Assembly: GCA_965116475.1 (NCBI GenBank) | Contig: OZ220691.1 | Coordinates: forward strand, 256,001 to 320,000 | Length of the DNA stretch: 64,000 nt | Direction: 5' to 3' | Source: Gemmatimonadota bacterium | GTDB taxonomy: Bacteria > Gemmatimonadota > Gemmatimonadetes > Palauibacterales > Palauibacteraceae | Shown here: positions 47,675-57,130 of the stretch, one piece after another | How the letters are laid out: each line of letters begins with the position of its first letter | Numbering within the stretch: position 1 is the stretch's first letter | Translations under genes and position numbers: made by a program | The notes under the pieces: generated by a model | Told to the model about the DNA's origin: nothing | The model's database searches: none | The model's input: only the letters and a program-made list of their open reading frames with translations

Positions 47675-48951
47675 GGCTCGGCGGCCCACGCGCGGTCGTC
47701 GCGCGTGACGCGACCGGCGACGACGGATTCCACGCAGTCCGCCAGGCTCCCGAAGGCGACGGCGCGTTCGAGCAGGCCGGGCGTGTACCACGCGTACTTG
47801 GCGGAGTTGGTCATGAGTCGCCGGATGCTCTCCGGCAGCATCGGCGTGGTCAGGATGCAGGTGTCGACCGTCAGCTCTCCGCCGAACGATTCGATCGCGT
47901 CGAGGTAGCCGGCCTCCCGCGCCAGCGCGCGCACCGCGCGGCCCGTCGTGATCAGCAGCCGCACCCCGGGGTGGCGCCGCCGGCCATCGACGAGCCGCGC
48001 CAGGGCGGCGAATTCCGACAGCGAGAAGTGGGGACTCCCCAGCACGACGAGGTCGAGCCCGTCCGCGTCCGACAGCCCCGAGCCGAGTTCGTCCCGCGCC
48101 GCCCGCAGTGCGACGGGCCCCGGACGCAGCCGCGCCGCCGGTTCCCTCCCCTGAAACGCCGCATCGAGGTCCGGCGCCTCGGGCGTGAGGCCGACCCAGT
48201 GGTACAGGCCCACGGCGCCCGAGGAGGCCATGGCGGCTCCCAGCGCCTTCAGGTCGTCCTCCCCCGGCCGGGCCGGGAGCCCGTCGAGCACCGGGATCCG
48301 CCCCTCTACGCGCAGACCGATCCAGTGTCCCAGCACCGGATACAGCGCGGACTCCTCGGCGAGCCGCGTCGGGACGCGGGAGAGATCGACGAGCACCTCC
48401 CCGGCCCGATTTCCGGTCAGATGGAGCCCGGCGGCCGGAGCCCGGCCCGTGACCGCACAGCAGATGTCCAGCAGGTCGGGATAGCGCTCGGTGCGCGCCC
48501 CCAGCACCGAGTTCGCGAACACGATCGCGCTCGACTCGCCCCAGGCGACCTGCTCCCCGACACCCGGCCGCGGCTGCGTCTGGTAGGGCGCGCACGTCCA
48601 CGTGGGCTCGCACCCCATCGTCTCGTACGCCTGCATCTGGCGCCGGGCCGGCTCCGCCCAGGATTCGGGCACGTCCCACTCGCGCCAGCCGTGCTGGTCG
48701 ACCCCGGAGACGTTGAGCGTCGTGGGCACCCTCACCCGCGCCCCGCCATCCGCCAGGCGCTCCGCGAACTCGAGCGTCGCGGGGCCCTGATAGAGCGACG
48801 AATCGATATGCGCCGCCGTGATGTCGAGCAGTTCCCGCGCCCCGACCACATCGGCCATGCGCGCCAGGATCGACATCGCGAGCCGCGCGCCCTCCCCCTC
48901 ATCTCCCCGCAGGAGGGCGAGATCTCCGGGATCGAGGCGGACGCCCGTCAT
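47671..48951 (-). CDS. Aconitase X catalytic subunit, DUF521 (alternative in-frame starts up to 48996)
   Basis: AHIDS, VPTTLN, WTCAPY, WGESSAIVFANSVLGART, GLTPEA, LGSPH, DTC, TNSAKYAWY. Confidence 0.9.
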   Translation of the reverse strand: MTGVRLDPGDLALLRGDEGEGARLAMSILARMADVVGARELLDITAAHIDSSLYQGPATLEFAERLADGGARVRVPTTLNVSGVDQHGWREWDVPESWAEPARRQMQAYETMGCEPTWTCAPYQTQPRPGVGEQVAWGESSAIVFANSVLGARTERYPDLLDICCAVTGRAPAAGLHLTGNRAGEVLVDLSRVPTRLAEESALYPVLGHWIGLRVEGRIPVLDGLPARPGEDDLKALGAAMASSGAVGLYHWVGLTPEAPDLDAAFQGREPAARLRPGPVALRAARDELGSGLSDADGLDLVVLGSPHFSLSEFAALARLVDGRRRHPGVRLLITTGRAVRALAREAGYLDAIESFGGELTVDTCILTTPMLPESIRRLMTNSAKYAWYTPGLLERAVAFGSLADCVESVVAGRVTRDDRAWAAEP

Positions 48952-49008
48952 CCGGCCGTGTTGCATCCGGCGTCGTTCCATCCGGCGTTGTTCCATCCGG
49001 CGCTGTTC
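48949..49008. repeat. Tandem repeat, 4 x 15 bp (CATCCGGCxxxGTTC)
   Basis: Units start at 48949, 48964, 48979 and 48994; each holds an in-frame minus-strand ATG. Confidence 0.9.
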
Positions 49009-49061
49009 GGTCCCATGTTCCGTTCAACACACCTGTGAGTCCGAAGCCCACGGATCCGACC

Positions 49062-49799
49062 ATGCGCATCGTCTACTTCCTTCCCGGACCGATGTCCCGC
49101 GGCCCTCTCGGGCCCGAGGAACTCGTCCGGCGCCAGGCTTTCCTCAACGAGCATGCCTTCCACGGGACGGAAGCCGTCGTTCGCGAGACGGAGAACGGTC
49201 CGGCCTCGGTCGAGTCGTCCGCCGAGGAGTACCTCTCGGTGCCCGGCATCCTCGAAGCCGCGCCGCGTCTCGAGGCGGAGGGGTTCGACGCGATGATCAT
49301 CGGGTGTTTCGGCGACCCCGGCCTCGCGCCGGCGCGTGAACTCGTCGACTTCCCGATCATCGGCCCGGGCCAGGCCGGCGCGCTCGCCGCGGCGCAGATG
49401 GGGCAGCGCTTCGCGATCATCACGGTCGTGGACGAAGTCGTGCCCGCGATTCGCCGCCAGATGCGGGGCTACGGCCTCGAAGGGCTGGTGGCGGACATCC
49501 GGGCGGTGGACGTCCCGGTGCTCGAACTGCGGCAGCGCGCGGATCAGGTGCTCGAGACGCTCGAGACGGAAGCTCACGCGGCGCTGCGCGCCGGCGCGGA
49601 CACGCTCGTGCTGGGCTGCATGACGATGGGTTTCCTCGACGTGGCGCGGAAGCTCGGCGAGCGCCTCGGCGTGCCGGTCATCAACCCCGTGCTCGCCGCG
49701 CTCAAGGCGGCGGAATCGTTCGCCGCCACCGGCGTGCGACCGTCCCCGCGCGCCTATCCCCCGCCCCGCAAGGAGATCGCCCCCGTCACGGTCGGATAA
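49062..49799 (+). CDS. Asp/Glu/hydantoin (allantoin-type) racemase
   Basis: GPASVES, IIGCFGDPGL, LVLGCMTM, VPVINPV; two catalytic Cys. Confidence 0.9.
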   Translation: MRIVYFLPGPMSRGPLGPEELVRRQAFLNEHAFHGTEAVVRETENGPASVESSAEEYLSVPGILEAAPRLEAEGFDAMIIGCFGDPGLAPARELVDFPIIGPGQAGALAAAQMGQRFAIITVVDEVVPAIRRQMRGYGLEGLVADIRAVDVPVLELRQRADQVLETLETEAHAALRAGADTLVLGCMTMGFLDVARKLGERLGVPVINPVLAALKAAESFAATGVRPSPRAYPPPRKEIAPVTVG

Positions 49800-51195
49800 T
49801 GCCGACGCCGTCCTCGATCGTCATCGTCGTGCCGAAGTCGGCGGAGAGTCTCGCCAGACCCTCGAGGATCTCCTGTCCGAGCGCGGCGTCCGCCATCATC
49901 GGGCGGCCGCGCACGGGGCGCGGCAACTGCCAGCCCATGGTGATGGGGTGGAGCTGGATCTCCTTCAGCGTCCCGCCCTCGTACTCCACGACGGGGACGA
50001 CGCTCTCCCAGAACCCCTTCCCCGCGGGGAAAGAGGAGGCGCCGGCCCGCTCGATCCGCACGTCCTGGAACCGGCCCGGGAGGTCCTCGTACCCGAGCCC
50101 CTGGGCCTCGTAGTTGTCCTGCGGCTGGAACTCGATCGTCTCGTTCTGCATGGCGAAGTTCGCCAGCGAGTAGAAGATCGGCTTGCCCCGGTACATCTCG
50201 ACCGCGCGCAGGATGTGGGGGCCGTGGCCCACGAACATGTCCGCGCCCGCATCGACGGCCGCGCGGGCGACGTCCACGAGGAAGTCGGCGGGCACCTCGC
50301 GGCGATCCGCGCCTTCGTGCGAGTGGCTGGTGACGATGACCCACTCGGCCTGTCGCTGCGCTTCCTTCACGACTTCGATGATCTCCGCCAGGTCCCCGGC
50401 GTGCGGCACCGTCTTCACGCCCGGCTTGTCGCCCTCCATGAACGTCATCCCGCCGAAGTTCAGCCTCGGGCCGGAGCCGCCTCCCCGCCCCGCCACGGCG
50501 AGGGCGTCGCGGAGCCCGGCCAGCTGCCCGGCGGTCACCGTCACCTGCCGCTCGTAGCGGATCGGGCTCAGCCCCGGCCGCCCCCGTACATCCGGCCGCT
50601 GGTGACCGGCGCGCATCGCGTCGGCGAAGGTCGAGGCGATCGAGATCAGCGCGACCCTTCCGCCGGGCGTGTCGACGTAGGCCGGGGCCCGCGCCCGCGC
50701 GAGGTTCTCGCCAAAGCCCGCGACGGCGAGTCCCGCCGCCTCTGCCGCCGCCACGGTGCGCCGCGCCCCGCCGGCACCGAAGTCCATCGTGTGGTTGTTG
50801 GCCAGGCTCACCATGTCGAAGCCGAACCAGGCGAGTTCGTGTGCGATCTCCGGCTCCGCCCGCATGTAGGTGCCGCCGCTGGCCGCCGCCGGGATCACGT
50901 CATCCTCGTAGTCGTGGAACAGGATCTCGAGGTTCACGAACGCGGTGGTCGCGTTCCGGATGATATCCCGGAGGGCGAGGAATTCGGGCTCCCGGTACGG
51001 AGACATCTTCCGGGAGATGATCGCGTCCCCCGCGAGGGCGATGGACATGTTCCCGCGCGCGTCCTCGAACGCCTGCGCCTCGAGCGTGGTCGGCGCGGCA
51101 AGGGCGGCCCCGGCGGCAAGCGAGAGGCCGACCGCAAACCCGACCGTGATCCCGGCGAACGTGAGAGATGACAGCGGAAGTCGATTCCGGCGCAT
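49786..51195 (-). CDS. CapA-family (PGA synthesis-like) metallophosphoesterase, secreted
   Basis: LAGD, VNLE, SLANNHTMDFG, SHSHE, VGHGPH, IFYSLANF. Confidence 0.9.
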   Translation of the reverse strand: MRRNRLPLSSLTFAGITVGFAVGLSLAAGAALAAPTTLEAQAFEDARGNMSIALAGDAIISRKMSPYREPEFLALRDIIRNATTAFVNLEILFHDYEDDVIPAAASGGTYMRAEPEIAHELAWFGFDMVSLANNHTMDFGAGGARRTVAAAEAAGLAVAGFGENLARARAPAYVDTPGGRVALISIASTFADAMRAGHQRPDVRGRPGLSPIRYERQVTVTAGQLAGLRDALAVAGRGGGSGPRLNFGGMTFMEGDKPGVKTVPHAGDLAEIIEVVKEAQRQAEWVIVTSHSHEGADRREVPADFLVDVARAAVDAGADMFVGHGPHILRAVEMYRGKPIFYSLANFAMQNETIEFQPQDNYEAQGLGYEDLPGRFQDVRIERAGASSFPAGKGFWESVVPVVEYEGGTLKEIQLHPITMGWQLPRPVRGRPMMADAALGQEILEGLARLSADFGTTMTIEDGVGIIRP

Positions 51196-51280
51196 GAGTG
51201 CCTCCGATGAGCTTTCCTGCTGGGCTTTTGCTTGTGCGGTTCGCATCCGGGCCGACAGATTCGACCGTATGAAGTACAAC

Positions 51281-52900
51281 ATGCTTTTTCCGACAGCACC
51301 CCGCCACGGCGGACGGACGCTTTCTACGCTCGTCGCCGCGGCCGGCCTCCTTGCCGGGACGGTTGCCGCCGCCCGGCCCGTCGTGGCGCAGAGCTACGAT
51401 GTGATCATCCGCGGCGGCACGCTTGTCGACGGGTCCGGGGGTCCGGCCCGGGCGGGGGCTGTGGCGATCGACGGCGGGCGGATCGCCGCCGTCGGAGACC
51501 TGGGCGCGGCGACGGCCGACCGGACGATCGACGCGAACGGCCTGCACGTCTTCCCGGGCTTCATCGACACGCATTCGCACGCCATGCCGGCGCTGCTGCG
51601 CGACGAGCTTCGCACCGCGCGGCCGCTCCTCGCGCAGGGGATCACGACGATCTTCGCCAACCCCGATGGCGGCGGCACGGTGGACCTCGCCGACCAGCGG
51701 GCGCGGATCCGGGACCCCGGCGTCGGGGTCAACGTGGGCGCCTTCGTGCCGCACGGAAGCGTGCGGCGCGCCGTGCTGGGGATGCAGGCCCGCGAGGCGA
51801 CGCCGGAGGAACTCGACCGCATGCGGACGATGGTCCGCGAGGGAATGGACGGGGGCGCCTTCGGGCTCTCCTCCGGTCTCTACTATTCGCCGGGTTCGTA
51901 CGCCCCCACCGGCGAGGTCGTCGAACTCGCGAGGATCGCCGCCGGGTACGGAGGCGTGTACCAGAGTCACATCCGCGACGAGTCGGACTATTCGATCGGC
52001 CTCATCGGGGCCGTGGAAGAGGTCATCGAGATCTCGCGGGGCTCCGGCATCACGGGCGTCGTCACGCACATCAAGGCGCTCGGCCCCCGGGTCTGGGGCG
52101 AGTCGGCCGAAGTCGTCCGCCGCATCGAGGCGGCCCGGGCTGAAGGTCTCCGGATTTACGCGGACCAGTATCCCTACGAGGCCTCGGGGACGAGCATCGT
52201 GGGCGCGCTCGTCCCGCGCTGGGCTCTCGCGGGCGAGGGCGGCAACCTGTACGAGCGCATGGAGGATCCCGCCGAGCGGCCCCGGCTCGTGGCGGAGATG
52301 TGGGAGAACCTCGACCGCCGGGGCGGGGCCGACCGGCTCATGCTGCAGGGCGGCCCCCATGGCGGCCGCACCCTGCAGGACGTGGCGGACGATCGCGGGA
52401 TGGACGCGATCGAGACGGCGCTCGCCCTCCTCGTGGAGGCGCTCGACGGAGGCGGCGGGACCGGACTCACGTCGTTCAACATGAACGACGAGGACATCGC
52501 GCGCTTCATGGCGCAGCCCTGGATGATGACCTCCTCCGACGGCTCGCTGTGGGTGCCGGGCGAGGGACATCCCCATCCGCGTGGCTTCGGCGCCTTCCCG
52601 CGCCGGATCCGCAAGTACGTGCTGGAGGAAGGCGTCACCACGCTCGAGCAGGCGATTCACGCCATGACGGCGCTCCCGGCCCGCGTGTACGGGATCGAAG
52701 GCCGCGGCGTGCTCGAACCGGGCGCGGTCGCCGATGTCATCGTCGTGGACCTCGAGCGGTTCCGCGACACCGCCGAGTACGACGATCCGCACGGTCTCGC
52801 CGAGGGGATCGAGTACTCCCTCGTCAATGGTACGCTCGCGATCGACGAGGGCCGCTTTACGGACGCACTCGCCGGCCAGGCGATCGTCAAGACGCGATAA
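51281..52900 (+). CDS. N-acyl-D-amino acid deacylase (D-aminoacylase) family, secreted
   Basis: PGFIDTHSH, QGITT, GLSSGLYYSPG, SHIRDE, THIK, DQYPY, HPRGFGAFPR. Confidence 0.9.
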   Translation: MLFPTAPRHGGRTLSTLVAAAGLLAGTVAAARPVVAQSYDVIIRGGTLVDGSGGPARAGAVAIDGGRIAAVGDLGAATADRTIDANGLHVFPGFIDTHSHAMPALLRDELRTARPLLAQGITTIFANPDGGGTVDLADQRARIRDPGVGVNVGAFVPHGSVRRAVLGMQAREATPEELDRMRTMVREGMDGGAFGLSSGLYYSPGSYAPTGEVVELARIAAGYGGVYQSHIRDESDYSIGLIGAVEEVIEISRGSGITGVVTHIKALGPRVWGESAEVVRRIEAARAEGLRIYADQYPYEASGTSIVGALVPRWALAGEGGNLYERMEDPAERPRLVAEMWENLDRRGGADRLMLQGGPHGGRTLQDVADDRGMDAIETALALLVEALDGGGGTGLTSFNMNDEDIARFMAQPWMMTSSDGSLWVPGEGHPHPRGFGAFPRRIRKYVLEEGVTTLEQAIHAMTALPARVYGIEGRGVLEPGAVADVIVVDLERFRDTAEYDDPHGLAEGIEYSLVNGTLAIDEGRFTDALAGQAIVKTR

Positions 52901-52913
52901 CTCAGGAGCAGAC

Positions 52914-55900
52914 ATGCGATTCCCCGCCCCGATTCCCGAAACGCGAACCTTCCTCGCGCGTCTGGCCACCGCGGCCACCGTGTCCGCCGTGGCCGCCTTC
53001 GCGTGGCCCCTCGCCGCGCAGGACGGCGCGAGCGTCGGCGAACTTCCCGCCGGAGTGCGGAACCCGGCCCCGGCCGCGGAGACCGTCGACCCGAGTCTCT
53101 TCGGCGGCCTCTCCTTCCGCTTCGTCGGCCCCTCGCGCGGCGGCCGCGTCACGGCGGTCGAGGGCCACCGCTCCCACCCCCACACCTTCTACCAGGGGGC
53201 GACCGGCGGCGGCGTGTGGAAGACGACGAACTACGGGATGACGTGGGAGAATATCTCCGATGGATATTTCCGGTCTCCGTCCATCGGCCATATCGAAGTG
53301 GCCGACTCGGATCCGAACGTCATCTATGTGGGCACGGGATCGGACGGGATCCGCTCGAATATCATCATCGGAAAGGGCATCCATAAGTCGACGGACGCCG
53401 GAGAGACGTGGGACCACGTCGGGCTCGAGGACGCGGGCCAGATCCCGTCCGTGAAGGCGCACCCGGACAGTCCCGACCTCGTCTATGCGGCCGCGATGGG
53501 GAACCCGTTCATCAACAACGAGACGCGGGGCGTCTATCGCTCGTCGAACGGAGGTCTCGACTGGGAGCGCATCCTCTTCACCTCGGACTCCGTCGGAGCG
53601 GTCGATCTCGAGTTTCACCCGGTGAATCCCGACGTCATCTACGCCGCGATGTGGCGGGCGCAGCGGTATCCGTGGTCGATCGTCTCCGGGGCGAGCGACG
53701 AGGACGGGATCTGGAAGACGACGGACGGGGGCGACACGTGGCGGCGGATCACGGCCGGGCTTCCGGACGGGCTCATCGGCAAGGTGGACTTCTCCGTTTC
53801 GGCGGACATGCCGGACCGCGTCTACGCGCTCGTCGAGGCGCCGGAACCGATCGAGGGCCTGTACCGCTCGGACGACGCGGGGGAGACGTGGGAGCTGATC
53901 AACGACGACCCGCGCAACCAGCTCATGCACCGGCCCTTCTACTTCACGAACGTGATCGCGGACCCGACGGACGGGGACGTACTCTATGTCCTCAACCTGT
54001 CCACCTGGAAGTCGACGGACGGAGGGGAGACCTTCAGTACGATCCCTAACGTGCACGGGGATGACCACGATCTGTGGATCAATCCGGACGACTCGCGGAT
54101 CATGGTGCACGGGAGCGACGGGGGCGGGGTCGTGACGCTGGACGGCGGGCAGACGTGGTCGCCGGTCAACAACCAGCCCACCGCCGAACTCTACCAGGTC
54201 GATGTGGACGACCGCTTCCCCTACTGGCTCTACGCGGGGCAGCAGGACGATGCGTTCACGGTCGCCGTGCCGAGCCGGCAGCCCTCGGTCTCCGCGCCGG
54301 GCGGTCCGGACGCGTACTGGCGTTCGCCGGGCGGGTGCGAGACGGGCCCCGCCGTGCCGAAGCCGGGCGACCCCGACGTCGTGTACGCGAACTGCAAGGG
54401 GCGCTTCGGAGTCTACAACCAGCGCACCGGGCAGGAGCAGCAGTACTACGTGGGCGCGGTGAACATGTACGGTACGAACCCCGCCAACCTTCCCTACCGC
54501 TTCCAGCGCGTCGTGCCCATCGAGGTCTCGCCGCACGACCCGAACCTCGTCTATCACGGCTCGCAGTACGTGCACCGGACGATGGACGGGGGCCGGACAT
54601 GGGAGCGGATCTCTCCCGACCTCACGGCGTTCCCGCCGGAGCGGCAGATGGTGTCGGGCGGGCCGATCACGCGCGACGCGACCGGGGAGGAGCACTATTC
54701 CACGCTCTATGTGATCGAGGCCTCGCCGCACGACCCGGACGTGATCTGGACGGGGGCGAACGATGGCCCGGTGTACGTGACGCTGGATGGCGCGGAGACG
54801 TGGGAGAACGTGACGCCGGCGGATATGCCGCCCGAGGGCCGCATCAACTCGATCGACATCTCCCGGCACGATCCGGACAAGGTGTACGTGGCCGGATACC
54901 GCTTCCTGCTGGGTGACTTCCGGCCCTACGTCTACCGGACGGAGGACGCGGGGGAGACGTGGACGCTCCTCACCGATGGGACGAGCGGCATCCCGGCGGA
55001 CGTGCCCGTGCGGGTCGTGCGCGAGGATCCGGACCGCGCGGGGCTCCTGTACGCGGGGACGGAGTTCGGGCTCTTCATCTCCTTCGACGACGGGGCGACG
55101 TGGCAGTCGTTCCAGCTCGACCTGCCGCTCACGCCCGTAACGGACATCGAGGTGTACCGGCAGGACCTGGCGCTCTCGACGATGGGCCGCGGGTTCTGGG
55201 TGCTGGACGATGTTACGCCGTTGCACGAGATCGGCGCGGACGGATCGGTCGCGGCGGAGGGCGGGGCGCACCTGTTCGAGGGACGGCCGCAGTACCGCAC
55301 GCGGCCGGGACGTAACTCGGGCTTCGAGTGGGCCTCGAACACGGCGCGGCCGGACTACCGCGGGGCGGGCGCGGACATCAGCTACTGGATCTCGCCGGAG
55401 CTGGGGCCCGACGAGACCGTGCGGATCGACATCGTCGACGCGGGCGGCGAGGTCATCCGCTCTTACGCCAGCGGCGGGGGCGGCGGCGCGGCCCGGGCGG
55501 GGGGACCGGCGATGCAGCGCATGGCGCCGCGCGGCGGCGCCGCGCGGGGGGTCTCGTCGGCGCCGGGCGTACACCGGCTGCGCTGGGACATGCGCTCGCA
55601 GGGCGAGGGCCGCGGCGGGCCGGTCGTGCCACCGGGCGAGTACACGGTGCGCCTCTCGGCGGGCGACGTGACGACCGAGACGGGGCTCGAACTGCGGATC
55701 GACCCGCGGGTGGCGGCGGAGGGGGTGACCGTCGCCGACCTCGAGGAGCAGTACCGGTTCAACCTCGCCATGCGGGAGACGATGGCGGAGGCGCGTGGGG
55801 TCGCGGACGGCATCGACGACCTGCGCGAGCGCGTCGCCGAGGCGCGCGCGGACGCCGGCGGCGGCCGCAACGAGACGCTCGACGAACTGGCCGCGGAGCT

Positions 55901-56114
55901 GGACGAACTCGATGCCCGCGTGAACGACGCGGGGGGCAGCTATCCGCGCCCCATGCTCCTCAGCCAGCTCAACTACCTCGCCGGCATGACCGGGCGGGCC
56001 GACCAGGCGCCGGGCGCCGACGCCTACGAGCGGCACGAGGAACTCAGGGAGCAGGTCCTGGAGGTGAGCGAATGGCTGCAGGCGCTGGTGCGACGACTGA
56101 CCGCCACCGACTGA
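52914..56114 (+). CDS. VPS10/sortilin-like BNR-repeat protein (glycosyl hydrolase-like)
   Basis: FRFVGPSRGGRV, GGVWKTT and many S/T-x-D-x-G-x-T-W Asp-box repeats, TMGRGFWVLDD; AGGAG RBS. Confidence 0.9.
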   Translation: MRFPAPIPETRTFLARLATAATVSAVAAFAWPLAAQDGASVGELPAGVRNPAPAAETVDPSLFGGLSFRFVGPSRGGRVTAVEGHRSHPHTFYQGATGGGVWKTTNYGMTWENISDGYFRSPSIGHIEVADSDPNVIYVGTGSDGIRSNIIIGKGIHKSTDAGETWDHVGLEDAGQIPSVKAHPDSPDLVYAAAMGNPFINNETRGVYRSSNGGLDWERILFTSDSVGAVDLEFHPVNPDVIYAAMWRAQRYPWSIVSGASDEDGIWKTTDGGDTWRRITAGLPDGLIGKVDFSVSADMPDRVYALVEAPEPIEGLYRSDDAGETWELINDDPRNQLMHRPFYFTNVIADPTDGDVLYVLNLSTWKSTDGGETFSTIPNVHGDDHDLWINPDDSRIMVHGSDGGGVVTLDGGQTWSPVNNQPTAELYQVDVDDRFPYWLYAGQQDDAFTVAVPSRQPSVSAPGGPDAYWRSPGGCETGPAVPKPGDPDVVYANCKGRFGVYNQRTGQEQQYYVGAVNMYGTNPANLPYRFQRVVPIEVSPHDPNLVYHGSQYVHRTMDGGRTWERISPDLTAFPPERQMVSGGPITRDATGEEHYSTLYVIEASPHDPDVIWTGANDGPVYVTLDGAETWENVTPADMPPEGRINSIDISRHDPDKVYVAGYRFLLGDFRPYVYRTEDAGETWTLLTDGTSGIPADVPVRVVREDPDRAGLLYAGTEFGLFISFDDGATWQSFQLDLPLTPVTDIEVYRQDLALSTMGRGFWVLDDVTPLHEIGADGSVAAEGGAHLFEGRPQYRTRPGRNSGFEWASNTARPDYRGAGADISYWISPELGPDETVRIDIVDAGGEVIRSYASGGGGGAARAGGPAMQRMAPRGGAARGVSSAPGVHRLRWDMRSQGEGRGGPVVPPGEYTVRLSAGDVTTETGLELRIDPRVAAEGVTVADLEEQYRFNLAMRETMAEARGVADGIDDLRERVAEARADAGGGRNETLDELAAELDELDARVNDAGGSYPRPMLLSQLNYLAGMTGRADQAPGADAYERHEELREQVLEVSEWLQALVRRLTATD

Positions 56115-56152
56115 CCGCCACCGGCTGAGCGCAACCGGCTGAGCGCAACCCG
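56097..56152. repeat. Degenerate tandem repeat, 4 x 14 bp (CTGAxCGCxACCxx)
   Basis: ctgaccgccaccga / ctgaccgccaccgg / ctgagcgcaaccgg / ctgagcgcaacccg, spanning the stop codon and intergenic gap. Confidence 0.8.
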
Positions 56153-56161
56153 AGGTAGCGC

Positions 56162-57022
56162 ATGTTCGACCTCAGTCTCATCGCGCACCCGCTGAGGGGT
56201 ACGCCCTTCGGCGCGGCGCTCGACCTGTGCCTGATCCTCGCCGCCCTGGTCTGGCTCCTGGGCGTCGTCACCCGCGAGTTCTCGTGGATCGACCGCCTGT
56301 GGTCGATATGCCCTGCCGTGTACTGTCTCATCGTGGCCTTCGGGACGGGCTTCGCCTCGCCCCGCGTGAACCTCATGACGGCCCTCGTCGTCCTCTGGGG
56401 AGCGCGCCTGACCTTCAACTTCGCGCGCAAGGGGGGATACGGGCCGGGCGGCGAGGACTACCGCTGGGCCACCGTGCGGGAGAAGATGGGGCCCGTCGGG
56501 ATGCAGGTGCTCAACCTCACCTTCATCAGCTTCGGACAGATGGTGCTCATCTGGTGGTTCACCTCGCCCGTGCACCAGGCCGCGGTGTGGAGCGAGACGC
56601 CGCTCGGCTGGCTGGATTTCCTGACCGCCGCGCTGTTCCTCGCGCTCTTCGCCGGCGAGGCGGTGGCCGACAAGCAGATGTGGCGCTTCCAACAGGACAA
56701 GAAGCGGCGGATCGCGGCGGGGGAAGAGGTGCCGCAACCCTTCATGACAGCGGGCCTGTTCCGCTATTGCCGCCATCCCAACTTCTTCTGCGAGCTGGGG
56801 ATGTGGTGGGTGTTCTACCTGTTCGCCGTCTCCGCATCCGGGGAGTGGCTCCACTGGACGGGCCTCGGCTTCATCCTGCTCACGGCGCTGATCATTCCGT
56901 CCATGCGCCTCACCGAATCAATCTCGGCGTCGAAGTACCCCGCCTACCGCGACTACCAGGCGAGCACCCCGGCGCTCATCCCCGGACTGCGCCTCGGAAG
57001 GACGCACCCCTCTCCCGAGTAG
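56162..57022 (+). CDS. DUF1295 membrane protein (steroid 5-alpha reductase-like)
   Basis: SWIDRLWS, WGARLT..RKGG..EDYRW, EAVADKQ, GLFRYCRHPNFFCE. Confidence 0.9.
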   Translation: MFDLSLIAHPLRGTPFGAALDLCLILAALVWLLGVVTREFSWIDRLWSICPAVYCLIVAFGTGFASPRVNLMTALVVLWGARLTFNFARKGGYGPGGEDYRWATVREKMGPVGMQVLNLTFISFGQMVLIWWFTSPVHQAAVWSETPLGWLDFLTAALFLALFAGEAVADKQMWRFQQDKKRRIAAGEEVPQPFMTAGLFRYCRHPNFFCELGMWWVFYLFAVSASGEWLHWTGLGFILLTALIIPSMRLTESISASKYPAYRDYQASTPALIPGLRLGRTHPSPE

Positions 57023-57130
57023 CGGGCCGCGGACAACGCTCCGGTGGCGTCAACTGTCCCAGTGATGCCCGAGCGGTGAGGGAGATCCTCCCCCCGCGTC
57101 GAGATAGCCTCCGGACAGTGACGTGTCACC

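Noticed and set aside
50018-50031. TTCCCCGCGGGGAA palindrome similar to the duplicated palindrome
   Set aside because: It lies inside the capA-like CDS, has a different core and is likely chance in GC-rich DNA
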